From: Octopus sinensis
Taxonomy: Eukaryota
Assembly: GCF_006345805.1 (NCBI RefSeq)
Contig: NC_043002.1
Location: 53,816,001 to 53,880,000, forward strand
Direction of reading: 5' to 3'
Length of the DNA stretch: 64,000 bases
Made by a program: the position numbers and the translations under genes. Shown in pieces: positions 39,246-53,067 of this stretch. Numbering within the stretch: position 1 is the stretch's first letter; each line of letters starts with the position of its first letter. Under the pieces are notes generated by a model, which did no database searches, was not told the origin of the DNA, and saw only the letters and a list, made by a program, of their open reading frames with translations.

Positions 39246-39989
39246 ATTGTTATGGCTGTGGTGTTTGCTGTTGTTGTGGTAGTGGTTGTTGCTGTTTATG
39301 ATATTCGTTTCCGCACTGGAATTATGTCTGATACCCGAGCGATAACAAGGCTCATCAAGGCAAATTACCAATATAATTATGACCATGAAAATGATTCTCG
39401 TTCTCTTAAGATCTTTGTTGCATATACGTTAGCCTTTAAATTTATATAAAAGCTTTCACGTTCTAATAGGTCTTGTGGAGTACTTGAGACATATTTCATT
39501 AATAATCGATTTTAAACATTAATTTGCGCATGAATTAGATATATGATTGTGTCGGTGTGTGTGTGTGATTTATCTATATAAATACATATATGAGTGTGTG
39601 TCTATGTGTATTTATTTCAATGAGTACATATTTTAATAATAACGCTACGAAATTATGTGTATACATACATACATATGTGCGTGTGTGTGTTTGTATGTAT
39701 GTGAGTGTGTGCGCGTGTGAAGAGAGAGACAGACAGAGAGAGAATCACTGACACAGAGATATAAGGGACATTCTAAATGAGAGGGGGGGATTAATGACGT
39801 TTATGTGTAACGGTACATTTATTTATGCACAAAACCACTCACGCGCATGCGCGCAATAGAGAGGGGGGGGAGCTGTATGTACGAAGTCATATATAATCAT
39901 TTCAGACGGAACTAATCGAAACAATTCACGAAATGTACCATGAAAAATTGCTCAACAAATGAAAGCAACTAGACCTTTAATTTGGTACA

Positions 39990-40381
39990 TTAAAAATGTG
40001 TGTATGTATGTGTCTTTCTATATTTATGTGCACGTGTGCGAGAAAGAGACTGATTGCATATATATGTGTGTTTGTGTGTGAGTGTATGTGTGTGTGTGTT
40101 TTTGTGTGTGTGTATGAGTGGATGTATGTATATGCATATATAAATATGTATATCTGTGTATGTATTTATGCATTTATATATATATATATGTGTTTGTGAG
40201 TGTGCGTATATATACATATATATATATATAAGTATATATATATATGTATATATATACGCATATATATTCATATATATACATAAATATATGTATATATATA
40301 TGCATGTATATACACATATATATGTATATATATATATACATATATATGTGTGCATTGAACTAGTATATATATATATGCGTA

Positions 40382-40434
<53 letters not shown>

Positions 40435-40665
40435 TATACATATGTATATATATATACATAGTTATATATACATATATATATATATTATATATATATATAT
40501 ATATAATATATATATATATATATACACACATGTATATATATATTTGTATATATACATATATAAATACATAGATATAATATATATATATATACATACATAT
40601 ATATATAATTTAGTATATATACATATACTTTAGCATATAGATAGATATATACTCACATATATATA
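39990..40665. repeat. Large degenerate (TA)/(TG) microsatellite block
   Basis: Directly visible; source of many YI/CV ORFs. Confidence 0.95.
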
Positions 40666-40861
40666 GAGAGAATGACAAAATGAGGGAGGGAGGCTTGCGG
40701 GAGGAAACCTTTCTGTATTTAACCTACGCAACTAATATTCTTCCAGTAATCACTTGCAATTATATTTCACTAACTATCCGAGACAGTTATCATTTCTCGG
40801 TGACATATAATGGAACCATACCTCCTCTTTCTCCATTTCTATACCATTTATATATATATAT

Positions 40862-40911
<50 letters not shown>

Positions 40912-41376
40912 ACCGTTCCTAACTGTAATAACGGTTGTATACTGTATGTTTAAACCAACAAATGTTTACTGCTCAACCGCCACTGAAGACATGAATAATC
41001 TCCGAAACATATAAATGCCGCGCAAAGTTACTTGCGGCGAATAGCTTATGTTACACATTCTGTTTTGTGTATTTTGGAGCACCACTTTTCCCCATTTAAT
41101 TCACGATTAGACGTGACATCATAGCACGGACTACATGCTAAGTATTTGTGTACTCGTAGTACTTAAACACTTCGCTTACCTAAACTAAGATTGTATTGAT
41201 CGGGTTCGTGTGCATGTTAAATATTTGTGCGCATACACGCAAACTTACGCATACATATATCCACATGCGTACATACATGTATGTAAGAAGCATGTGTATA
41301 ATAATTATAATAGCCATATATATATATATATCGTATATATGTATGTATGCATATGTCTACATATATGTATATATAT

Positions 41377-41408
<32 letters not shown>

Positions 41409-42619
41409 CGTGTAATGTGTACATATGTACATATAACTATGTATATTTTCTGTGCGTATGTAATTATGTGCATATATATATATATATATATATGTCTGGA
41501 TGTTTTACGGGACCACATATTTCATTTTTCATTTCACAGCAATTATATTCGAATGAAAATCTAATATTTACTGGTATTTTTCTATAATTGCTATATTAAA
41601 TGGGCAATTACAACCAAGTAGGTCTATTTTTCTTATAATTTCAGAACTGAGTTTCGCGTAGGTTTATTTTGCAAAGTTCTTCCAGTACAATTCGATTCAC
41701 ATTCAATAATGATTACTTATGCTGATGTTAATTTTGGTGGACTTTTTTTTTAATTTTTGTAACTGTTGCAATCGTTATTGTTGCTATCAATGGTGTTGGC
41801 AGCCGTGGTAGTGGTTGTACTGTTGTAGTTGGTTGTTTGGCTCCATTTCAACATTGATGAGCAGGTCTGTGATCAAAAGCATTCCAGCAGAGGCCATCTG
41901 TGTATATTCGTGTTATATAGTACTACAATATCTAATGCATTTTCTTTTATTTTTTGAAAGAATAGGACGCATTTTACACGACATTTGTCAGCTATTTCTA
42001 GCGTTAGATGTTATTAGTGTTAAGGCGAGTAGCATTGAAATATGAGGATTTCCCTTATATGGACTAATAGAATAGTTAGAGTGTAGAACAAAACTCCTTC
42101 TAGTATAACTTCGTCTTCCTTACGTTCTAAGTTGAAATCTTTTCCACACCAACTCTGCCTTTTACTTTTCTGTGGTTGATAATTTAAAATACAAGATAAG
42201 TGCTGCAATCAATACACTAATTACTATTTAATTATATTTCACTGTAACATATATATTCAGTTTGATAATCCTCTCTTCATTTCTAAGCCAAAAAGAAACA
42301 TCAACCATCCCACTTTGCAGCGATTTCTAGTTAGCTTGGCTGTCTGAGGTGGTGTTTGTAACAACTATTCATTGCTGGTTATTTTTTTTTTTACTACCAA
42401 CTACATTGTGTGCGAAAGAATTCGTTCAATCACAAATTGTATTTTGTTGGATCGATATCAGCAAGAGGACAGTATTGTCGGGATTTCATAATAAATCGTA
42501 CAAGAAAAAAGCTCAATAAAGTATTTATTATTCTTTTATCTACTTGTTTTTTCTCTTTTATATTCTATATTTGCTGACTCTGGAAAAAGGGGGATCATAA
42601 TCTTTTCAGGACCTCCGAG

Positions 42620-43140
42620 ACAGGTGAAAGGGATGCAGTTAATCTTTTCCAAGTAAGACAAACACGAACAAGAAGATTCCAGAGAGTTGATTTTCTATGT
42701 AGAAAGGACTTAGAGTACTAGTTTGTGCAAGTACAAGGTGGAGGAGGAATTTCTTGCAACTAGTGGTCCTGAAAGCATATAGAGAATTCCGAGGAATAGA
42801 TTCACTTGCAAGAAGCAATAAAAAGACAGAGAGGGGAGAGAACATGGAGACTGAAGGATTCTATGAAACTGGACTGTGTTTGTTAACGATTTAATGCCAA
42901 TCAATCGAATGGTCCTTCTGGGAATGAAGTCCACGGCATTTGTGTGTGTAGCAGCAGCGCGTAAAAGATACGTGAGCAGTACTCCTTGTGGCTCTGGTAA
43001 AGATGTGCTTTCGCGACAAGAAACTATTGGATATAGTGAGGGCCAGCACTTGTGTCCGTGAGGTCTTTAGCTGCGTGCTGCATATGATATGTGGCCCATT
43101 GCGGTACAGTGGTGTTTTTTGATATCCCTAGCACTTAAGG
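42620..43140 (-). mobile_element. CR1/Jockey-group LINE 3' fragment
   Basis: Minus translation EYCSRIF / AAATHTNAVDFIPRRTIRLIG resembles the EYCSHIW.GA....LDRIQRRAIRLIG RT C-terminal motif. Confidence 0.78.
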
Positions 43141-43571
43141 ATTTTTATTATTCAAAGAGGGCCGAAGATACTCTCAAGTTACTTAATTCAATAAACTACT
43201 AACAAAACAGGTGTCCTGCTATAGTGACTTCAGCTTAGCAATGCCTATCTCATTCATCTTACTAATCTAACTACAATTAGTTTAGAGACATTTGCTTAGA
43301 AGTATATATATCTGTTTGGATGTGTACGTGCATGCGTGTGCGCACACGCGTTTGTGTGTGTGCATATGTGCGCGCGTGAATTGCCTTTTTGTCGATTTCT
43401 TCATCGCCCTAAGAATATCTATCTCATGCATAAATATATAAGTACATATAAGTTTATATATATGCATATATAAGTGTGTGTGTGTGTGTGTTTTTGTTTG
43501 TGTTTGTGTTTGTACATACATACACTCATACACACACATATATATTATATTCATGAGATATATATAGATAT

Positions 43572-43646
<75 letters not shown>

Positions 43647-43649
43647 TTG

Positions 43650-44170
43650 CGAAGGCAATGAAAAAGTCAACACAGCAGGGACAAGAAATACTGCATTAGT
43701 TGCACGCTTAAAACGGAAGCGAAAGTGTCTTAAAGTTTCGGACGCTAATTCGTCATAAGGCTGAAACAGTAGAAGAAAAGAAAAGGAGAGTGAAAGACTA
43801 AAGTTGTTAAGAAAGAACGGGCGAAAGATTAGGGGCCTTGGGAGATTGGTGGGGAAGCTAAGAAAAGAAGAAGGTGCGAGGTGGTGCACGATTATTGTTG
43901 TATCCGTGTATTAAGCTGACGTAAATGGCATTTTTGCGTATGTGGTTTTCTGGTGTTTGTATATATGTACGAAGAAGTGTGCAGGTATGGAAATATAGTT
44001 GCGTGTTTTATTGGTTGTGGTGGGGTTGGTGTATTTGTTATAAGTGTCTTGGAAAAGCGTGGATTAAGCGAAAGTGGGTGCGGATGTATGAAAGAAGGGA
44101 AGTGAGAGGAATGGGGGAGAAGAGTGCGTTTAAGGGTATGGGTGTGAGGTTCTATAATTGTTAGTACATT
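43650..44170 (-). mobile_element. Penelope-like terminal region (degenerate)
   Basis: GT/G-rich body similar in character to 51960-52400, and a hammerhead-like motif at 43729-43759 on the minus strand. Confidence 0.5.
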
Positions 44171-44238
44171 CAAATACACACGTATGATCACTTTAAACAT
44201 ACAAGCAACAAACATACTTACTTAAACACAAACACAAC

Positions 44239-44270
<32 letters not shown>

Positions 44271-45178
44271 GCGCACATGCACATACACACACATACACGC
44301 AACAACATGGGCGCGTTTATTCATTAAATAACAATTAAATAACTAATGGCACAAGTAGCTTTTTGTCATGTAAAAAAAATTGGATAAAATTTCTCGAAGA
44401 TGTAGTTTTAGGTGTATTATTTAAAATAAAGTTAGAAACAAAAGACTTCCGATATATTTCTCAGGAGCAGAGTTTTCTTTCCGTGTGAATACATATGTGT
44501 ATAGAAAATTTTGAATTCTTAATAGCTTTGCTTCTTTTGTATTTCGTTAAAATACTATTATAGATTATTATTTTCTACATATTTTACAAATGAGTTTTTA
44601 TCCTATTGTATAATCCTTTCTGTGTGAAGATTTCGTATTTTCTAAAGATTTTAATGTAATGACATCAGTTTACTAAACATTTCACTCTATAAACGTTTTA
44701 CACCTATGCATTTTGTACGTCTTGATAAATTATTCAGTTCAATTAACTCCACATCCCGCAATACCTGCTGTCTAACTATACGTAATTTCAACCTATAAAT
44801 ACCGAAGTCAGATGTTTAGAAATCATACTGCACTGACGGACAATTATTAGCAACCAGAATAATCCTAGGTTCAATGCTCAGGTGGGAAAGAAAAGCTTAA
44901 GTATATTGGTTTATCATGAAATTCGTCCCTGGAAATTGTTCATCTTTGCTTCAACAGATGTAATGGCGTTTTGAAACATGTCTTTTTATTATTGAATGAA
45001 AATAATATTTTAAATTACGTATTTATACAGATTAATTCTGATTGTTTTATTTTTCAAGCAATAGGCCACTAACTTGTCATTTTCCTAGGCAACCCCTAGT
45101 ATCCTGTTACTATAAATATTGTTTTCTTTTAATACTTTTGATAGACAAATAGACACACAGACACACAGACAATTAGAC

Positions 45179-45251
<73 letters not shown>

Positions 45252-45406
45252 TATAGATAGATAGATAGAGACGCGGAATTTGCACAGTTTACAAAAATCA
45301 CTTGAAATGCACTTGTTTACTCGATGGTACAGTAGCCCAATGTGCAGCGTAGTTCGAACTAACTCAACACTACGTGGTTCTCAAGCGCACCTCAGCCACA
45401 TGTGTA

Positions 45407-45437
<31 letters not shown>

Positions 45438-45592
45438 TTGTGTATGTATGTGTGTATGTGCGTGTCTGTGTGTGAACGTATGTGTGTATGCGTGCATACG
45501 TATGTGTGGGTGAGTGTATACATGCGTGCATTTGTTTACCGGAGTAAAATCTGTATTGTGTCAAAAAACCAAATTACTTGTGATATATATAT

Positions 45593-45634
<42 letters not shown>

Positions 45635-45637
<3 letters not shown>

Positions 45638-46032
45638 CCGCAGGAGTGGCTGTGTGGTAAGTAGCTTGCATACTAACCACATGGTTCCGGGTTCAGTCCC
45701 ACTGCGTGGCATCTTGGGCAAGTGTCTTCTGCTATAGCCTCGGGCCGACCAATGCCCTGTGAGTGGATTTGGTAGACGGAAACTGAAAGAAGCCTGTCGT
45801 ATATATGTATATATATATATGTATGTGTGTGTATATGTTTGTGTTTGTCTCCCTAGCATTGCTTGACAACCGATGCTGGTGTGTTTACGTCCCCGTCATT
45901 TAGCGGTTCGGCAAAAGAGACCGATAGAATAAGTACTGGGCTTACAAAGAATAAGTCCTGGGGCCGATTTGCTCGACTAAAGGCGGTGCTCCAGCATGGC
46001 CGCAGTCAAAATAACTGAAACAAGTAAAAGAA
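45635..46032 (+). mobile_element. SINE family B, full length
   Basis: GCAGGAGTGGCTGTGTGGTAAGTAGC...GGTTCAGTCCC...CTTGGGCAAGTGTCTT...GAAACAAGTAAAAGA. Confidence 0.94.
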
Positions 46033-46043
46033 TATATATATAT

Positions 46044-46268
46044 AAGGCGAGCTGGCAGAATCGTTAGCACGCCGGGCGAAATGCGTAGCCGTATTTCGTC
46101 TGCCGTTACGTTCTGAGTTCAAATTTCGCCGAGGTCGACTTTGTTTTTCATCCGTTCGGGGTCGATAAATTAAGTACCAGTTACGCACTGGGGGCGATGT
46201 AATCGACTTAATCCGTTTGTCTGTCCTTGTTTGCCCCCTCTATGTTTACCCCCTTGTGGTTAATAAAA
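46044..46268 (+). mobile_element. SINE family A monomer directly downstream of SINE B
   Basis: AAGGCGAGCTGGCAGAATCGTTAGCACGCCGGGCG...GAGTTCAAATT. Confidence 0.92.
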
Positions 46269-46989
46269 AACATATATATATTATCCATGTGTGTGCGAGC
46301 GCTTTTTAAATATATGTAGAAATTTGTGCACGTGTATGGAAGCGGGTGTGCTTGTATGAAAGCACTGAAGATTTTTATTTATTTTCGAATAAAGACATTA
46401 CTTTCCCCATATATGCATTGTGGTTACGTCATTTACATAAATTATATATGCTGAAATGAAATTCATTTCTACTATCAGTAATAACACTGGTCATTTTAAA
46501 ACTGCGCAGAAAAAAAAAGAACACATAAATGATACTGTATAGAATGATGTAATTAAAGCTGGAAATGTGGTTATGAATATTTAATGAGTCGTATTGTTTA
46601 CAATGGTTACAACGTAACAACACTCGTTTAACGTCATCAGTTAACACATGTCGTGCGATGAATATATTTGGTTCCCATCCCGTTAAATTGAAATCTCTCC
46701 TACGCTTAACACGTCATCTGTATCGTAGTCGCTCGCCAAATGGAAACAGCGCTCAAATCTGTCCACGAACGAAAACCCACGGCTTTATAATTGTGCATGT
46801 TTGTTCGAAAAGTGATAATTTTGAAAGCACATGGCTCCAGACTCATACCCGCAGCGCGGTAATCTTTCTCCCTCTTCCTTTCTACTGCACTCGCCGACTG
46901 TTCGATGTCTTGTGAGACAAATGTGATAGCTAGAAACTGTACAGAAATTCGTCTACATATATTCGTATACACACATTTAGATACACACA

Positions 46990-47027
<38 letters not shown>

Positions 47028-47155
47028 TACATACATTATATATATATATAGATATATATATATATATATATACACATACACACATATATAAATGTGTATA
47101 CACACACACACACACACCACACACACACCTATATTATATATCTATATATATATAT

Positions 47156-47203
<48 letters not shown>

Positions 47204-47261
47204 TAGATAGGAAGATAGATAAAGAGAGAGACGTAGTATTAATTTGTGTCTATGTACCGAA

Positions 47262-47321
<60 letters not shown>

Positions 47322-48283
47322 GTGTGTCTTCATGCAAAATGGTGTGAAACAATGTGCCAAACAAAATGTTTCGGCTTTCTTTCGACCTCAGTCTTTGACT
47401 GGTAATTTATTTACCACTCCAGAGTGATGCAAGCGAATATCGGTTGGATTCGAATTCAGAATGTAAAGTGCAGGAGAAAACCAATTGTCCCGATGGTCTA
47501 ACGACTCCGCCTGCTCGCCGCTTCCGTCTCTTTATGAGTGAGAAGTACAATTTCCCTTTCGTCATGAACGTATTGAGCATGATTCAAAAGTTTGAAACTA
47601 TCGTACTCAAATTAAGCATGACAGTTTCTACGCCTTTATTTTCGACCTGTTGAAAATAGTAACCAAATCTCCAACACAATCTACTCTCTTGAAAAGAAAA
47701 ACGGCGAGTTACTTGGGACAATCTATAAAATCTATTCTTGTATTATGTCATCTGTTCTCAAATATCTTTGAAAATTTTATTTTGTTGCAGTTGTTTAACC
47801 CTTTGTTACAAAAAAAAAGCATTCCAGCCATAACCGTCTCATCTTTTAGTATATCTAGTACCACATTTTCTGATACATGACTTCCTCTTTTAAGATGGCC
47901 GAAGCAAAATGGATTGAGTTTGGTTTCAACTTTTAGCATGTCGAACAATTGCGTTGAGGTTCTCTCGATAGTTCGAGGGTTATGGTTCTTATTATTGTTT
48001 TTTTGTTGTTGATCTTTTTATTACTGTTGTTGCTGTTGATGTTGTTTATTGTAGTTGATATTGTTCTTATATTGTCGTATGCTGATTACTTATGATCAAA
48101 CGACTTCTTTCCAGGCGTAAACTTTCAGTATTATTACCAGGCACGGTGCATCTAGAACGACTTTATATCTAAAGTGTTTCACTCTTATTAAGACACGATG
48201 GTGTGGTCTGATGATCATTAGAATATTATTTTAGAAGATTGGGCGACCACAAAGATTCTCCCACAGTGACTTGTTATTAAGCA

Positions 48284-48979
48284 TCTATAAATCTATAAAC
48301 AATAGATATCGGTGTGTGTTTCTGTGTGTGTAATACGCATGCATTTCTACAGTTTTCAACCGATTCTCTCTTTTTTCTCATTTTCTATTTCTCTTGCTTA
48401 CATATTTTATCCCACCCACTGTAATAGTTCCTCTCTTTGTGTCTATGTCTTCTTTCTTGCCTTCTTTCTCCTACTTTCTTTTTTTCATTCATTTTTCTTT
48501 CTTTCTCCCTCTTCCTTTCTTTCTATCTTGCATGCCTTCCGTCCTTCTTTCTCTCCTTTCTGCCTTCTTTCTTCCTTTCCTTCCTTCCTTCCTTCCTTCC
48601 TTCCTTCCTTCCAACTTTCTTTCTTTCTTTCTTTCCTTCATTCTTTCTCCATCCCACTTTCTTTCTCCTTTCTTTCTTTCTTTATTTACTTATAAAGATC
48701 TTTCCTTCTTTCTTTTTTCTTTCTTCCTTTCTTCCTCTCTCTTTCTCTCTCCCTTCCTCTTTCTCCCTCCCACATCCTTTCCTCTTTCTTTCTTTCTTTC
48801 TCATCACCTCTTTCTTTCTCCCTCTCTCCCTCTTTCTTTCTAATCTTTCTTTCTTCCTTTCTGTTCGACTAAAGGCGGTGATCTAGCATGGCCACAGTGA
48901 AATGAATGAAACAAGTAAAAGAATTTTTAAAAAAACTATGCCATTTTAATCCCCGAGCAACGTCAGGTATCTTTGCTAG
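48284..48979 (+). mobile_element. Helitron-like element containing a polypyrimidine tract and a SINE B tail
   Basis: 5' A|TCTATAAATCTATAAAC...ACAGTTTTCAACCGATT; 3' CCCCGAGCAACGTCAGG...CTAG|T, near-identical to the 3' end at 37522-37549. Pairing of the two ends is inferred. Confidence 0.6.
48380..48862. repeat. ~480-bp polypyrimidine (CTTT/CCTT) tract
   Basis: Directly visible. Confidence 0.93.
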
Positions 48980-48984
48980 TTAGG

Positions 48985-49480
48985 AATAAATGTGGCTGAC
49001 ATTTCGACAAAGTTTTGATATCTGCCTTTAGCAAGGTTACTTACCTAAAATTTTCTAGATCATCCCCCTTATTTCATATGTCAGGTGCAGTAGACATCTG
49101 CTAAGAAGCCTCCAAACACGTATGGCATATAAAATAAAGCTCGTGCGGAAAACCATCCAAAAGAGGCGATTTCCCCGCTTTCGCTCATCATCGCATTCCA
49201 TATGTCGTCAAGAGGCATTGAAATCCATCCTTAGTTCTGTTCTACCATTCGCCTCAAATAGTTGAGCGAAGTGTTTCTGAAATGCAATACAAATATGCTC
49301 GATCCTGATGCACCCAACCACGTCTACGTATTTTGGATTTATTTCCATTTTACACATCCGGCATTCAGGCCCATAGAGCAGCTTTCGGCCCCCAACCCGT
49401 GTCTTAGAGCATGTACCTTAAAGTTGACAATAAATTGTGTATTACGAATCAATGATATGACGATATATGGCTGAGGAGTC
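48985..49480 (-). mobile_element. Older, degenerate fragment of the same Tx1-like family
   Basis: ICIAFQKHFAQLF, LDGFPHELYF..PYVFGGFLADVYCT and KGDDLENFR..TLLKADIK align by eye to MCEAFQQHFARLF, LDGLPYEFY..PDLFGDVLAAVYCN and KGNIIDNFRPITLLNADLK of the element at 20579-24073. Confidence 0.82.
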
Positions 49481-50127
49481 AACAGCCCGCATGATGTTGC
49501 CCACACCATTCAGCATTAGAGGTGAAAACACGTTGAAAAAGAGGGAGAAAGAAAGAAGAAAGACGGAAACCAATTTATCAAGCTACTGGGAACTGCTTCA
49601 TTATTATCACTGTTGTCTGGGATAAATTTAGGACTGGTGATTTTCTAAGTGCCTCACTCCTGAAAATATATCTATTAAAATTCCCACCTTTATTTGAATG
49701 CATCTGCACTTTGCGAGCTATAAAAAAAAGCTGGTTATATTCCCGATTATGAAAATAACAATGGAAATGAGAAGAGTGTATCTTCTGAAACAACTTTAGC
49801 TTGACTTTTATTAATGAGAAATTAAGCTGTGTTTAGATGGCTTTCCTCTCTACATGTAATTCAACGACAGAAATCTATTAATATATTAAAACTATGAAAA
49901 TGTATAAACTAAGCAAATAAAACCACATATACAGAAACAAATAAATCTACAAAAGATGTCACATTCAACGAGATTATGGAAATCACAACGAGAAGGTACA
50001 AGAGCGTTGCGAAGTCCTGTACTTAAATATTGCTGATCTGTACAATTCATATTCACTGTACATTAAGAACCACTAATATATACCGACTCTAACAAAACAA
50101 AAAACCTTTTACTAAACAGCAAATAAT

Positions 50128-50480
50128 TAGGCGTGGCTGTGTGGTAAGAAGATTCTTTCACAACCACACGGTTCCGGATTCACTCTCATTGCGTGGAACC
50201 TCGGGCCGACTAAATCCTTGTAGATGGATTTTGTAGAGGAAATTGAAAGAAGCCCATTGTATATATATCTATGTGTTTATATCCTTGAGTCTGTGTTTGC
50301 TTCCAAAAACTGCTTGACAACCGCTGTTTGTCTTTTTACGTTCCTGTAACTTATTGGTTTGAGAAAAATCGACCAATAGAATAAGGAACAGGCTTTTAAA
50401 AATGAACACTGAGGCCGATTCATCCGATTGATATTACTCAAGGCGGTGCCCCAGCGTGGCCGCAGTTTGAAACATGTAAA
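50128..50480 (+). mobile_element. SINE family B (diverged)
   Basis: GCGTGGCTGTGTGGTAAG head; AAGGCGGTGCCCCAGCGTGGCCGCAG tail. Confidence 0.85.
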
Positions 50481-51742
50481 AGATAAATGCTAAAAGATAA
50501 AAGATATATACAGCAAAGTAGTTTTATTTATTTATTTATTTTCCTTTCAATCATCTAGTCATTACAGCTTTTTCCATTTATCACTTAATTCCGCCACCAG
50601 TTTCGTTACTAATACCAACAATGCATATGCAACAGCGTGACAAATATCCATTGTGTTTCAATGAATGAACGTCACGTGCAAACTGTCTTGAAACATTTAC
50701 GTTCTGGTAATTCAATCTCACTTGAAAGATTTCCGTCCATTTGCACTATTGGCGCCATGAGCAAAAACGACGTATTTAGTCAGTCTTACCACGCACCCCT
50801 CCACAACTCTTAATCACAGCGCCATCACCACTTCTCTCATCATTATCATTTCTGAGTGCACAATCTGAATCACTGCCATATCGGATTCTACCAATATCTC
50901 TCCTCCCTCTACTACTATAACTATCCTCCACTAACACTGCTACTATTATCATATTACGCATACTTTGTTTCCAATCCTATCAGTACCATCAAATATACTT
51001 AATGCCGACCGCCACCACCATAATATTCAACACGGTTATAATCGCCCTTAGAACATTATCATCACATCTTCTCCATCACACCTTCCATGAAATCATTACC
51101 AATACTACCGCTGCAGTAACTTCCCTCACCGCTAACACTATCATACAGCCACCAGTACTACAACTAATACCATCGTGATAACATGTAATATTATTAAACC
51201 ACCACCAGAATGCGGTAAATTCCATAGGTCCCAGCTGTTTCGTATTAACCTTCTCATAAATTATACAAAAATTATACAATGATAAGGGTGATGATGATGA
51301 TGGTGGTGGTAGCACGTCGGTTGTGATGCCTCTTCTACCCCCTTTTTATTTGGTCTGTAGCTTATACTATGAATCTTTTCGAATATCTGCAAATAACTAT
51401 CTTAAGGAGCGCTCCGCCAAAGTTTCTTGATAACGACCTCCATTAATTACTACCTACAGAAATGCTTTTTTCTTGTCACTGTAAAATTTACACGTCGGAA
51501 ACGACGCATTCATCTTCCAGTAGCTAATTCCTTTCGATGCGTTCTCCCTAGGTCGAGTGTGCATGACATAAATTTCTGTTAGTGTAGTGAACTGTCATTG
51601 TTCAGAATCCTAAAATAAAAGCAAAGTCTGTATATACATAAATGTAGCAAGTTTGAAACACTTGCCCTATGTCCAACTGATGCATTCTGAAAATTCAGAA
51701 GATACCAAACAGATAACATTTTACATGTTTGTATGTATGAAA

Positions 51743-51797
<55 letters not shown>

Positions 51798-51802
<5 letters not shown>

Positions 51803-52400
51803 GAAATTTACAGAAAAACAAAATGCGAAGGCAGGTATATAAACAACAAGCAGACGTATTGGTTTGGGGCTCGGGAAAGTGAAAAAGTCTTTTACGCTCT
51901 TCAACAAAAAGGAACACGATGAAATAATCAGAGAGAGAATTAAAAAATAACTTATAAAGTTAGCGGTCAATCATGGCGACTGGCTGGACAAAGTTAGACA
52001 GAAGAACCAGGAAGAAGGGGAGATAATAATATATTCATGATCTTAAAACAAAGGTGCGTGTGCTTTTGTGTGTGGGTGTGTGTGTGTGTGTGTTCGTGAA
52101 TAGGAGATGGTGACTTTGACGTGTGGAGGTGTGCGTGTGTAAGTGTGTGCGTCTGTAATCTGTGGGTAATGGCGTGAGGGCTGGGAAGTATTCAGTACTA
52201 GAGAGAGGTGTGATGTGGTGTAGTGATGTGTCGTGTGGTGTGGCGGTGTTAGGGTGTGGGCAACTGAGGGTGGGGGTGGGTTGGGGTGACGATGTGGGGG
52301 TAGGGGTAGCGTATGTGGGAGTGGTATGTGTAGGGGTGACGTGGGGATGAAAGGAGAAGGGGGTAGGATTATAGAGTAAGTAGCTGTCACGGTAAGAGAG
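51798..52400 (-). mobile_element. Penelope-like terminal region
   Basis: Reverse complement TGTTGAAGAGCGT..AAAAGACT...CCTGCCTTCG matches 36380-36500; 51970-52170 matches 56880-56996 next to the PLE at 57370. Confidence 0.7.
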
Positions 52401-52479
52401 GAGAGGATATATATATATATATATATATATGTGCATAAGTTAGAGGTGTTTAAAGCATCTAAGGGATAGATATATCCAA

Positions 52480-52790
52480 AGGAACTCCTGGTAATTACCT
52501 CAATTAGTATATAATAGCCCTAGAACTATGGTCCATCTCATATGAAACCCTGAACTCGTTCTCCAGAATCAAAAACAAGATAAACTACAAATAGACATAG
52601 TAGATTACTATTCATCTATTAATCCTACGATCCTAAATAGCACTCTTATATTCGTACCCAATTAACTAGGAAAGATATAAAGTTTCGATAATAAACGCTG
52701 GGTAAGAAAAGACACCCCTAACAACTTCGACGTTACCATGGGAACCCCAGATTCAGCTCAGGTAACAGATTTACTGGGTAGCTTTTCTAT
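52480..52790 (+). mobile_element. Penelope-like RT fragment
   Basis: IDIVDYYSSINPTILN...FDNKRWVRKDTPNNFDVTMGTPDSAQVTDLLG matches the PLE RT motifs DI..FYPSI and FDVTMG. Confidence 0.85.
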
Positions 52791-53024
52791 ACGGTGTACA
52801 CAAGGAACACTCCCTTTTTGTTTTTTGATGCACTCTTACGCATTGTTTATATTCACTACATTAGGCATTCAAAGTTCATGACCTGTGCTCTCTTTTGTCT
52901 CTGGACCCAATACATTTTTGTAGACTATTACCTGATCAGAACCTGGTTGGTTGCGTGCAAAGCGAACCTTGGATTTCCTTTTTATATATCCAAAGAAGCC
53001 GATACACACCGGCTTTCTTTCACG

Positions 53025-53065
<41 letters not shown>

Positions 53066-53067
<2 letters not shown>

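Noticed and set aside
39842-39853. NRF1-like palindrome CGCGCATGCGCG
   Set aside because: Readily derived from CA/TG microsatellite decay; similar strings occur at 17351 and 43334; no other promoter evidence.
46625-46650. CTGATGA on the minus strand (also plus-strand 8146, 17794, 48209)
   Set aside because: No GAAA after a stem II, so no hammerhead topology.
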